A stretch of 64,000 bases of DNA, taken from assembly GCA_010093815.1 (NCBI GenBank), contig ML996568.1. One strand, 5' to 3'. The position numbers were made by a program, and so were the translations under genes. The first letter of the stretch is position 1. Each line of letters begins with the position of its first letter. The notes under the pieces were generated by a model. The model had not been told where the DNA came from. It worked only from the letters and a program-made list of their open reading frames with translations, and ran no database searches. Of this stretch, positions 9,496-21,902 are shown one piece after another. The stretch is from Pseudovirgaria hyperparasitica. Taxonomy: Eukaryota.

Positions 9496-12443
9496 GAAAG
9501 GAGGACACAATCTAGGTAGCTGCCTAGACTAGTAGATTCCATACTCATGACCCCCCAACACCCCACATCCCACGCTCTACGCCACATTTATACGAGCCAC
9601 ACGCCACACGCCACACGCCACACACCGTACGCCACATCCCACGCACCCCCAAAGGGTTCCCGCGTGGCCAAAAGCCCGAGTCAGTTTGCCCCAGTCTCGC
9701 GAGTCATATTCCAGTCCCACGTGTTCTTAGTACAGTCAAGGGATTAAAGCATAGTATCTCCAGCATATATACTACACATACCAATATATAGAGATGTTTA
9801 ATATCACTCATCTTACAGATTCCATAACAACTCTCTCTGGAGTATCTCTATTAACATATAAGCTTAGTAGATTGATAGTCTTAGTAGGCATCCTTTCCGG
9901 CGCTACTACAGTTCTAGATCGGTACATAGCGCCTACCCTCCAGCCAATCAGCTGCCGTCCATCAACCCTGAATGCCAAAAGCCTCATTTCACTGCCCTTG
10001 CTTCACATCACTACTTGAACCATTCATCCACTCACGTGTCTTTCCATCCTCATCTTTGTTTGTGAGCTTCAAGTGGTGGGTAGTAATTAGCCTTGGTAGG
10101 TATGAAGATGGCCTGCCGTCATCTATTACCGGCAACTCAGGCCGGCTGGGTGGGTGCGACGGTAACGTGGTACAAACGGGGAAGACTCCCTCAACCTGCC
10201 CATCTCCCATTCCACCTCACCACCACACCACCACACCACTCTTCAGCTCTCGTCATCCATACCAGCCCTAGAGCGCTTCATCGCTCTCATTCTGGACTTT
10301 CCCGTCATTTCCAGCCTCCATTCTGCATCTCCTCTCCTCAACTGCCTCGGCTCACTCTCTCCCTCTCCCCCCTCTCCCCGTCTATACCGTCATGTTGATA
10401 TCTCTTCACATGGCAGGATACTTGACAATCTGCAGTCTGGAAGCTGCTTGGCTACCAGACTCTGCCTCCTCGGAATAAGTTATCATGCTTCATGCCTTGC
10501 CTACCATCACTAATTTCTCGTCAGCTATGTGTCCGACACTGTGGTTACTCCCGCAAAGAATGCTTGTATCCATGCCCTGTTTGGAGCATGCCGATTCGAC
10601 TCTTGAGCCCTTAAAAGGCCCTTCGTGAGCCTATCAAATTCTTCTCCTCGCCTTCATTTTGCCAGACATGTAGTGTCTACCTCCACGAGACCTTCATTTC
10701 TGTATCGCCTCGCTCTTGTGAGATTCGCTCTCCTTCCACCTCCCGCAGCGTTGCTCTGTACCGTTCACTGCTCCAGCTCGCTTGGTCCTTGTTCTCTTTC
10801 TGTTCCGATGCAGCATTCACCATGCCGACCGCCTATACAACCCTTTTGAGCTCTTATATTACTCCAACAGTTTTTGGGCCAATATCAAAAACTTTCTACT
10901 CCATTTCGTACCCGCGACGTCACCGCTACTTATCCTCACTGCGCCACCCTTCTGTTGCGCCTACAGCGTGGTGCTACACCCCTTGCTTCATGGCTGACTT
11001 TTGCGGTAATAGCTGCACACCGGCCAGAAGGAGATGCCTACGTTACGCCGTACCTCGTGGTATGCAGGGCTGTCCGTTCGACTACTGCACCGATTCTGTC
11101 CGCGATCTTGTCAAGCGATTTCTTTGCATATCAGCATTGCTGCCCTTGAATTTCCTGTCTCTTCCTGTCAATTAATATTGACCACACCTTTCCTTCTCTC
11201 TTTTGCCTACTATCTTCTGCTCCACCATCAGCCGTCATCAGCTCGCTATCCCTACCTTTCGTGTGCCTGTATAGTCAACTATACCTCCTTATACCCTCCT
11301 TGTCCACCAGACTACCCGGCATTCTTCTTTCTGTGAAGACTCACACGCGGCAGCCTTAGCGCACTCCTTCAATAGCCTATTCTCAATAGCTTCTCTGAAT
11401 GCTCACCGCAACCTCATTAACTCTACTCAGGGAGCTTCGTCTCCGACTGAGACCGCATTCTCTTCACGCTGCGATCTCGTCAACTATATTCAGCTCGCTT
11501 CAAGTGTTTATGAAGACTACTCAGAGCACTAGCGAAGACGATCCATTTCCACTCGTACATCTCCTTCGTCTTTTCATACCTTTTTCTTTCTTTTTTGTCT
11601 TTCCCACGGCCCAGCTATCGACAAAGTTGTTGCCTGGACCACACTGGCTATCCATTTTTGTGCCCTCTGAGTACTACGGAAAGATTCACGTATCCAAACA
11701 AGGCAGGCGTTTGAAGGCCACTTCTACGTCATCAGCACTACACGTCCGCAGTGCCGACAGAGAATAAGCCCATCCAAGCAAGTCTCTTTGATCGCGAAGA
11801 CCCAGCCACAGACGGAAACTGTGCGACGTGGGCCTCAGTTGTGCATATATGTCAACCCACCATTTCCGCATTCGGTTCTAAGAACGCTTTTCCTTTCGAG
11901 GCATCTCCAAGCATCTACACGCATTTATCATCATATATCAGACATCTCAGTTCATCTTTTACTTGCAAAACGTACGCAGAGCCGTGCTCAATATTTATTC
12001 AACCACACAAGTAAGTCAACACCATACATTCCTTGGCATATGTCGATTCACTAGCTCGCTCGCGCAACGCACGTACCGGCCCCAGCTGCCCTACTTCGGC
12101 GACCACCCCGGACCCACCAGAGTGGTAGAAGTGGGTCGGTCGCGAGAATGAACATGTCCATAACGACGACACAACCGCGTTTTGTGCCGCTGCCTGGTAC
12201 TGTTCTTCTCCAAGAAACATCACGTCAATATTGTGATGTTGTGGTCGTTGTTGTGACTCTGCTGCGCACAACTATCGTGGAATCGTAACGCTGGGGGCAT
12301 GCATCTGTTTTTGGATCGTGTTCTTCTTTCTTTGCTCCCTTGCTACTCGCATAACATGTATCGTTTTCATTCTCTACCTTTTCCTACCTTTCTGTTCCTC
12401 TTTCTTTTCCCGCGTCGCGTCTTTCAGGACCTGCTTTATTGAC

Positions 12444-13304
12444 ATGATGGACAGCAAGACCTCCTTCCCAGAACTCTCTACTTCTTCGCAGCGATCCAAC
12501 CCTTTGCTGCCCACACCTCCAATCAGCTCAGGCAGCGACCAGTCCAGGGCGGGTCTTTCCGAGCCAGCTCTAGCAATGCATCAGAAGGCCACAGGGTACA
12601 CCAACTCCATAACTTGGGAGTCAAAGTCGACAAAGGAGCGAAAGAACTACCTGGTTGCGCAGCATTCGCTTGAAAGACTCTGTCCACACTCTCCGGTCCG
12701 CTACATGGCGTTCAGAGAGTGGATGGAGCTCAGACAATACCATCACGGCAGAGAGCTCAGAAAGGAGCGCAAGCGCCTGTACGAGGCAGAGGAGAGAATG
12801 AGACTCCAGGCTCTCGGCATTCCTCCATTGATGCAGCCTTTTGGTGGCAAGATTTTCGAAGGAAACCGCACCGCCGTGCTATCCCAGCAGTCCATATGGT
12901 GTCGATGGGACTGGGACGCCAAGCCTGAGCTCGCGGAGTGGCCATGCAGTGAGGAGATGCGATACCAGGGCGACGGTCGCGCCCAGAGCAAGCTGGGCCG
13001 ATTCCTCGCTCTGCCACGTTACCAGCCAAACTTTACTGTTGGCTGGGATCAGTGCCGTATGACGGCGGTGTACCCGTTTGATGAAGTTAACAGAGTTCCA
13101 ACTGAAGAAGACGTGTGTGCCCCGGTGGACGAGATTCTGGAAGCCGACATTCCCATGCTACTGAATCAGAGCCTGCTGGATGCTCTGGATGACGTGGACG
13201 ATGAGCTCTATTTCGATCTCAAGGGAACACCGGATACCAGCTTGGACCTGAACGAGGGTACTGATATGATTGTTAGAATCAAAGAGAGCAACTCTTGGAA
13301 ATAG
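12444..13304 (+). CDS. Hypothetical fungal protein (~286 aa) with a WP-x-x-E-M-x-x-x-GD-x-R...RFL-x-LPR motif
   Basis: Long ORF in otherwise non-coding DNA; first ATG at 12444. It has a globular-looking core 'AEWPCSEEMRYQGDGRAQSKLGRFLALPR...YPFDEV' and an acidic C-terminus. No function recognised. Confidence 0.75.
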   Translation: MMDSKTSFPELSTSSQRSNPLLPTPPISSGSDQSRAGLSEPALAMHQKATGYTNSITWESKSTKERKNYLVAQHSLERLCPHSPVRYMAFREWMELRQYHHGRELRKERKRLYEAEERMRLQALGIPPLMQPFGGKIFEGNRTAVLSQQSIWCRWDWDAKPELAEWPCSEEMRYQGDGRAQSKLGRFLALPRYQPNFTVGWDQCRMTAVYPFDEVNRVPTEEDVCAPVDEILEADIPMLLNQSLLDALDDVDDELYFDLKGTPDTSLDLNEGTDMIVRIKESNSWK

Positions 13305-14375
13305 AAGGAATAATGGGGACTGAGGCTACCTGGAGTTTGGGAGTAGAGGCTTTGGCTGCTTGCAATCCGTGCATTGTAACTCATATCGAGTAGTTACACC
13401 TCGCCTACTTCGACATGCGACTCTCCACAATCACCTCTCAGCTTCGGCATGCTGTTTGCGACTTGCGACTTGCGACTTGCGGCTTTCGGTTAAGAGTACA
13501 CTCTTTTTTATTTCTTCGATTTGACTGTACTAATGTAACGGACTTGGCCATCCTTGTGACCTTGGGCCAAACTTACGAATCCCTTTTGTTTCTTCACAGC
13601 ACACTTTATGATGCATCATGGCGGCGGCGTTTCTTCACAGCAACGGGCAGGCGAACGTCTTCTTCTGGCATCTCCAACATCTGGGGATTTGTCCTGACAG
13701 GTTTGCACATGTATATATACATGGTGACGGAACCGGGGCGGCATCCATTCATTTTGCTTATTAGCGGCGAGGGCATGACCGGGTGATGGTCACGAGCGAG
13801 CATCCATCTCGCACATGGAGTTTCGGCAGTCATTAATCTAGAAAGACACACTTTGGCTTGCCAACTCTTTCGCTCACGCATGCTATACATGTCGCTGACT
13901 CTCGAGCATCCACTGACATTGTATCCGTGCATATGTTCTGACCAGATTGACTCCCATGTAAAGCGAATGAGGCTCTTCAAAAAACCTTTTTCGAATCGTA
14001 GACTGCACGTGCGTATCCGCATCTGAGCGCAGTTATGGGTACCTAGTAAATAGCGCTAGTAAGTGCTGCCGCTACGTCATGGACTTGTCTGCCGTAATTT
14101 TATACACGAGCGCTTTCCAGTCTGTCTGTATTATTTGCTGTGAGATATAGCTTTCTTCGTTTGTTTTTGTTGTTTCATCGTTTTATATTGCAATGTAGGC
14201 CTGAAAGATTGATACTATGTAGTGTGTAGTATATAATCTGGTATTCGTACCCCGCAATCAGCCTAATTCTTGTTGGCAGTACGGACGTGGTGGTCTTGGG
14301 TTCCCAGGAGATTGATAATGCCAGCTGGTGTATCAAAACCTCACTTTTCAGTCTCTCTCCCTCTCTCCACATACC

Positions 14376-14433
14376 TCACTCACTCACTCACTCACTCACC
14401 CCCTCATCCACCAGCACCAGCACCAGCACCAGC
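14376..14433. repeat. (CTCA)n and (CACCAG)4 microsatellites in the 3' region of the TauD gene
   Basis: ctcactcactcactcactcactca and caccagcaccagcaccagcaccag read directly. Confidence 0.9.
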
Positions 14434-14436
14434 AAT

Positions 14437-15913
14437 CTAAAGCTCCCCAACCCCAACATCATCCTCCTCAAACGGCGTCTCGTACGGCCGTTCCGCCTGC
14501 GGCGTGATGCGCGCCAGATGCCGCCTCGAGCCATCCTCCCAGTCCACCAACGCCGAGTGTCCCGTCACCCGGTTATCCCACACCACCACCGTGCCGGGCG
14601 CCCACTTGACCCGGGCCTGGAAGTCCGCACCGAGCGCAATATGGTCGAACAGGAACTTGAGCAGCGCGTCGGATTCTTCTTGCTTGAGGTCGAGGATGCG
14701 GCGTGTGACTGGCTCGCTTCCCCATCAGCCATACACAAAACAAACACAAAACAAACACACAGAACCAAGGAAACAGGGAAGAGAAAACTCACACTGCGCA
14801 TTAACAAACAACGCCTTCTCCCCCGTCACGGGATGCGTGCGCACAACAGGATGCACACTCCCCACCGCCTCCCGCCGCACCACACCCCCCCGTCCCAAAC
14901 TCTGCTCCGCCTGCTGCACCCCCGAATGCACCGCCCTCAACCCATGCAACCTGCGCCGAAACGCCGGACTGAGCCGCCGATACGCCTCCGCCGCATTGAC
15001 AAACAGCGTGTCGCCGCCCGCCTTGGTCTTACCGCCCGCCGAGGAGGGTCCCTCGAGCAGGTACAGGAACGTGGTGCCGGGCGGTTGGGCCTCGTATGTG
15101 ACGTCGGAGTGCCAGGCGACGGAGGTGGTGTGTTCGGTGAGGAAGTCTTGGGCGTGGGCGGATGAAGAGGGGGTGGTGCTGCTGCGGTATACGAGGTGGA
15201 TTTCGGGGTGGTTTGGGGGGTGGCCTGAGGTTGGGTGGATGTGGAGGCGGCCGAAGTAGGTGCCCAGGGTGAGGGCGGTGGGGATGGGGTGGGTGGATAG
15301 GTCTTGGTTGCGGAATGCTTGGGGGAGGTTAGGGTGGGGTGGTGGATGGATAGGGGTAACGGATGGATAGATAGGGGCTGGGGATGGGGATGATGGTGCT
15401 GATACTACATACCAACGACCTTCTTCTGCGCGACAAACAGCGCAAGCTCATCCCTCCCCTTATCCGAGAGCGCACTCAACTGCACGCCATGCACCTCAGC
15501 GCCGATATTTCCAGTCAGGTCCGAGACCTGACTCCGACCCGGCGGCAGCAAGTTCGGAAACGAGGGGTCTGCGTCCTTGCCGTGCTCGTAGTGCTCAAAG
15601 GGCTCGAGCGGTGGGTATCTGCGCGTTTACATCGTCAGCTCTCACCAGCACTATACTAATGGTGTGTGTCATGGAAACAAGGGAGGGAGGGTTGGTTCTA
15701 TATAGGCGCACACACGTACTTCACCTCCTTGTCCCAGACGGGCAGGTAGTGCGGATACTTTGCGCCGGCGTGGGTGCCGGTGCCGTGTTCTTCGGCGTGT
15801 CGGTTGAAGGTTTCGGGGCTGGTGCCGCTGGCGTCTTTGTATGCTGTTGGGCCTTTGTATGCTGGGAGTGCGGCGGCGGGTGGTGGGGATGGGTCGATGG
15901 CTTCGGGGGCCAT
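14437..15913 (-). CDS. Alpha-ketoglutarate-dependent sulfonate/taurine dioxygenase (TauD/TfdA family, Jlp1-like); exons 15913-15720, 15618-15413, 15317-14793, 14708-14437
   Basis: Spliced product: 'AKYPHYLPVWD..KYPPLEPFEHYEHGKDADP', 'VAQKKVVAFRNQD', 'FGRLHIHPTSG', 'WHSDVTYE.QPPGTT', 'HPVVRTHPVTGEKALFVN', 'VKWAPGTVVVWDNRVTGHSA', 'RRHLARITPQAERP'. The HxD...H triad is intact. Confidence 0.93.
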
Positions 15914-16985
15914 GGTTGCGTGTGTGTATGATTTTATGCTGTCGTCGCAGGTGCAAGGCTATACGTAGGAGAGATGGGCATACATACACACATATATATA
16001 TATGTATATCACACCCAGGACATCGATAACAGCGGCACGCCATACCCGGCCACAGCTCCACGTAGGCGGGTAAACTACGTTTCTGCTATCTATCTGTCTA
16101 TCTCATTATTCGGCCGGAATACCCACTGGTAATGTAATAGGTCAGTACGATTTGCCGTTTTCCCTATCGTTCTCTCCTCGCAGCTCATGGGCGCGTTGTA
16201 TGGCGTCAACAGCCTCCCCGCTCAGCATGATGGGGACAAGAAATATGGGGACTGTCGCACGTCTTTTCTTGTTGCGAGTGCATTGGGGACGAATAATTGC
16301 GTGGTAGATTATTGGCCGGGTTATGTGTTTGTGGGTGTGTGGTTGTTGCGATTGAATGGCGCAAAGCAAGATGGATGGATGTGCAGTTCGTGATTGGCGA
16401 GTCAGATAATGTATCCATCTTCGCTACAAACTAAACTTGGATCGACTTGTTTGCGCAACTACGTCGGCATATTTTTGTCGATCACGCAATTCCGCCCTTG
16501 TCGTAGCAACATCCATCCCATTCCGTCTTTTCTTCTCGACGCCTGTTGTCAGGTGAAGAGATTGATCATCGTTTGGCTTTTCGTTCGTCAGTTAATCACT
16601 TGTTCGGTTTTCGGCTTATCTCTAAGCTGTCGGATGTACCGACTAGTAATTATTCGTGAAGCGTGCGATGGATGTCGTCTTTTGCAAGCTCATGGGTTGG
16701 CGATATGGTGACATAGGACGCATGCAGTGCGCGATGTTGTGTGTGGCGTATCAAAGTACTGCAGGCTGTGGAGAGTCGGGTATCATTTTTTTTTCTCTGT
16801 GGTCATTCCGTTGTGTATAGATTCCGGGCGGCATGCAAAAACTCGTGTCGTGGTTCTTTGCCAGGACACACCGGCGCCTTGCACAACTGATGTGTTTTAT
16901 ATATGACGTGGATGCGGTTCTGGTGAGACATCTGGACGGTTAGTTGCGACTTTTGATTCTCTGGAACGTTTCTGTGTTCTCGATT

Positions 16986-18808
16986 ATGGCTGGTGTACTT
17001 GGGCATTCTATGCCGCTTCCTGGTGGTCAGGTTAAGGATGCTGCTCGATATAGTAGTGAGGAGGAGCCACAGAGAGACAGAGTCGGGGGAGAGGGAGACA
17101 CGTTTGTCTCGACGGGCTTCGACGTCTACCATAAACCGATTGAGAGTTACGAGGGATATCATCGATATGACCCAGACTTCCAGTGGACGGAGAAGGAGGA
17201 GCGCAAGATTGTTCGAAAGGTACCACGAAAGCATCTGCCGACTCCCTCGTTCAGTCCTGACTTTGCTACAGATCGATTATCGCATCTGCTCCTGGGTGTG
17301 TCTAATGTTCTTCGCATTGCAGCTGGACCGCAGCAACATCCAGCAAGCACTCAGTGACAACATGCTCCCCGATCTAGGCCTCACAACAAACGACTACAAC
17401 TACGGCCAGACGATCTTCTACCTGTGCTTCCTGTGTGCCGAGCTGCCATCGCAACTAGTTTCAAAGAAGATTGGCCCCGACAACTGGATACCGATCCAGA
17501 TGGTGTCGTGGAGTCTCGTCGCCAGCTGTCAAGCCTTCCTCACAGGCCGGTCTTCATTCTTCGCCTGCCGTGCGTTGCTGGGCCTGATTGAGGGCGGATT
17601 CATCGTATGTTCCCCCTCTCACTTCCCAGCTGCAACAGTAGATAACTTCCACCCAGCCCGATAACGTGCTATACCTCTCATACTGGTACAAGGGCAACGA
17701 GCTCCCCACCCGCCTCAGCTGGTTCTGGGTCTCCTACCAAGCAACCAACATCGTAGGCGCCTTTCTCGCCTTCGGCATCCTGCGTCTGCGCGGACACAAC
17801 AGCCTCGAGGGCTGGCGCTGGCTCTTCGCGCTCGAAGGCATGCTGACCGGCCTCATCGGCATCGTCTCCTTCTTCTACCTCGCCCCGTCCCCGACCCAGA
17901 CGGCAAGCTGGTTCCGCGGCAAGGACGGCTGGTTCACGGAGCACGAGGAGAAGATCATGGTCAATCGCGTGCTGCGCGACGACCCGTCCAAGGGCGACAT
18001 GCATAACCGCCAGGCGCTCGACTGGCGCATGCTGTGGGCTTGTATCGCGGACTACCATATGTGGCCCATCTACCTCATCGGTCTGTCCTGGCTCATCCCC
18101 AACCAGCCTGCCACCGCGTACCTCTCGCTCCAGATCCGCAGCCTGGGCTTCGGCACATTGCAAACTACCCTCCTCACCGTGCGTTTCCCCCCCCTTTTGT
18201 CTTTCCCACACACAGACACCCTTACTCCCCCCCAACACACACAACCACTAACACACCCCCAGATCCCCGCCTACGCCCTCTTCATCCTCCAACTCCTCTT
18301 CTGGACCTGGCTCTCCGAACGAACCGGCCAACGCTTCTACACCATCCTAACCGCCCAACTCTGGGCCCTCCCCCTCCTCCTCGCCCTCGAATTCCTGCCC
18401 GCCGCCCAACCCTCCCCCTGGCCCCGCTGGACCCTCTCCACCCTCCTCGTCGGCCACCCCTACATCCACGCCATCCTCGTCAGCCTCACCTCGCGCAACG
18501 CCGGCGCCGTCCGCACCCGCACCTTCGCCGCCGCGCTCTACAACATGGCCGTGCAGGCGAGCAATATCGTCGGGCAGAATATCTATAGGGATGCGGATGC
18601 GCCGCTGTATCGCGTGGGGAATAGGGTGTTGTTGGGGATTTGTGTGTGGAATGGGGTGTTGGTGCTGGGGGCGAGGGCGTATTATGTGCGGGTTAATGCG
18701 GGGAGGGAGAGGGTTTGGGGGGAGTGGGCGGTTGGGGAGAGGGAGGGGTATTTGAGGGGGACTACGGAGAGGGGGAATAAGAGGGTGGATTTCAGGTTTG
18801 CGATTTGA
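16986..18808 (+). CDS. MFS transporter, allantoate permease/ACS family (probable organosulfur uptake); exons 16986-17219, 17272-17604, 17657-18178, 18263-18808
   Basis: '[47 protein letters not shown]', '[19 protein letters not shown]', '[10 protein letters not shown]', '[13 protein letters not shown]', C-terminal 'GNKRVDFRF'. Three GT-AG introns restore the frame. Confidence 0.93.
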
Positions 18809-19430
18809 GGGGGATGGACGTGTTGATGGAACCTGGGGCCTTGGATTCATGGGTTCATGGATGAGATGAAGTTGTGGGATGGAGTCTTAGTAGTGATACT
18901 CCCAGGTTCAGTCTGCCCTCGTACACCTGACCACAACCTCCATACCAACCAACAACACTCCCACGGTGACGTGGCGACGCACTACAAAACGCCATCACAG
19001 TTCACAGAACCCAGCTAACCTGCTATCACCCCAACCACTACCACACAATCCTCAATACGAACAACCTAACCACAACCCCCCCAGCTCAGGGGTAGGAGGT
19101 AGATATATATCATTACACAGCCACCCGCGCAGCTCCCCGAGCACGAACAGCAGGCATAGCTAGACTAGACTATGTAGACAGAAGATGAAAAAAAAAAAAA
19201 CAAGAGTATAAGGCAGAACGAATGAATGACGGCGGTTGGATGATTACTTCCCCTTTCCTCCTCTCCCCTCCACATTAACCTCCTTTTTCCCTCATGACCT
19301 TCCTTCCTTCCAACTCATTAATAGCATCGTCTCAAATAGCTAACCACACACCCTCTTGACCATACACATACATTCAACCCGCCAACCACTCCACCCTCCA
19401 CCACCCCAAACCACAAACCCCTCAAACCCC

Positions 19431-21119
19431 TCAAAACGCAACCCCAACCGGCGTCCGCGGATTCATCCTCAGCGGATCAACCCGCCCATCCCTCCCTCCA
19501 ACCTCAACCTCCACCTCCTCCTTCCTCCCCCAAACCTCCCCCTCCCCCCACCCCAACCCCTTCCTCGCACTGCGCGGACTCAAACCACCAGGCGTCGCCG
19601 GACACCGCGCCGTCGAGCAACTCGTCCGACTCGTCACCAGACTAGGCACTGTAGTGGCGAGCGAGAGCGTTGATGCCGATGTGATTGTAGACGTAGACGT
19701 AGACGTAGACGCAGACGTCAACGCCGTAGACGCCGTAGACGGACGCTGCGCATGTCTGCCCTGCGCCCCAGCGCGCCCCATCCAGCCCCACACGCGCGGC
19801 CTGACACTCGCGAGCGACTCCTTGAGCACACTCACAACGTGCCTATCCGCCCTTTCCGTCCCTGCCGCACCTGCTTTCTCCGCCCCTGACGACGACGACG
19901 AAGAATAAAACCCAGGCGAATCAGGAGCCATGTAAAACGGCGTCCGCACCTGCACCTGCACCTGCCCCGGCGCAAGCGGGAGGGGCTTAGCACAGACCCA
20001 GGGGACGGAGAACGCGGAGCCGATTTCGGAGAGGGTTTCGGAGCGGGCGCGGATGCGGTGCGAGGGGGCGAGGGCGGGGATGTGGTGGCTTGGGGAGGGA
20101 GGGGGGCGGGATGTGGTTGTGGTTGTGGAGAAGGACGGGGAAGAGGAGGATAGGGTGGAGATGGAAGTGGAAGTGGAGGCGTGGGCGCGGCGTTCTTGGA
20201 TGATGGATTTGAGTTCGCGGATTGCGGCGTCGATTTCGTTGCGGGTGGAGAGGAAGGAGGGGCGGGTTGTGCGTTGGGGGTTGGAGCGGGCTGGGGTGGA
20301 TGAGTGGGTGTTGTGGTGAGATTGGGGTGGAGAGGAGGGGAGTGGGATGGTGGAGGATGAGGTGGTGGTGGTAGATGAGTGTTTGTCGGTGGTGGGTATA
20401 GGGGAATCGGGGATGGAAGGGAGTGTTTGCAGAGCGGTTGGACGGTCTTCGAAATCCGGGCCGTGAAGGAGCGAGAGGTCGATTAAAGGGTTTAGGCTAA
20501 GGCGAGAGCTGGACCTTCTGGTTACTGAAGTGGTGGTGGTGTTCTCTGATCTGACTGAGTCCCATCGTCCGCCAAAGCGTGATGTCGTCGTCGTCGAGGA
20601 GACGGAAGACGGTCGCGAATGAACCACGGCCTGTTCAGGAAACTCCAGCGACGGGAGCACCTTTGTCCAGTCTGATTCTGTAAAGTCTGGAAGTGGAGAG
20701 AGGCGGTTTTTGGGCTCATATATCGAGAGCTCAAGAGGCCTCAAGCTCGGAGGCCGCGTAGTCGAGCGACGCGGGGGTGATTCCTTGTTCGCAGGTCGGC
20801 AGTCTATAGACATGCTACCACTGAGTCGACTGGCTCGACTGATCGATCGATGACCGCTCGTTGTCGGCCATCGCGAGACGATCGTGCTCACGGTGTGGTG
20901 ATAAGGACGTGGTTGGTCGACCACAGGAACGACATCCTCTTCTTGAACTGTGACGAATCAGTGACTTGAACAGATGAGTATATCCAAGAGTCAGTTACCA
21001 TTACAGCGAAGCTCAGCTTCAGCATAATCCTCGTCGTGACCCCATGATGCACAGCATCCCAGCGTGACCAGCCAGTTGTTCTTCAATACAGCAGCATTGC
21101 TATGCCGCGCCTCGCCCAT
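19431..21119 (-). CDS. Ser/Thr/Pro-rich hypothetical protein; exons 21119-20999, 20947-19431
   Basis: 497-aa ORF with the motif 'RPLELSIYEPKNRLSPLPDF' and 'RARSETLSEIGSAFS.P'. ATG 21119 plus intron GTAACT..CTGAT..CACAG (20998-20948) joins in frame. Confidence 0.75.
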
Positions 21120-21902
21120 GGCGTCCGCAGGCGCAGAACTTCAAAGGGATCTGAGCTCACAAGCACACAGTCATCTCGTCTCTTCTCAGAAGATGTGGAT
21201 GGCAGAAAGGAATGGAAGTGTTATAGAAATATGGTAGTATGCAAATCCGGCCGACCAACAATGACAAAGAAGGGAAAATATTAGAAGCGAGACCCAAAGC
21301 AACCGGCACTGGGCACAGTATAACTTCAATATGACAGCAAGAAAAGAGATATGGAAATCCACAGAGAAGAAGCGGATGATGGTAGCTAAGTCATGCAGCA
21401 GCAAATTACCATGTCAACTTGTCAGTGAGAATAACCATCATATACGCGCTGACTGGTTGCACCGTTGGGTGTGTTGTTGTGAGGTTCTGGCCAATCATGA
21501 TTTCGTATCAGGTTTGAAGGCAAAATAGACTAACCTCACTTGGCTAGACCCATATCTGGCGATTGCTTATTCGCTAGGTGACCAGTCGCCCCTGCCCAGA
21601 GCGGCGCGTAAACAGAAACCCCTTCTCGAACAATTATCAAGGGGTCTCTCGCAGCCACTGGTGAGTGTATTGGTGACGCCAAGCAGTGTCCTCATCCGCC
21701 AACCATCCAACGAGCGCAGACATATGCTGTTACAAAGACATTTGCCTACGGCCCTGAGTGATACTCTATGTTTGTAGATTGCGAGTGATTGGCTTGAACA
21801 ATTCGCCTGAAACATCTATCCATGTTCACTGTCAAACGCCACATACTACCCCCGCTATGCAAATACCGTGTAGGGCCACTGTAGATATCTGTCAAAGTCC
21901 AA

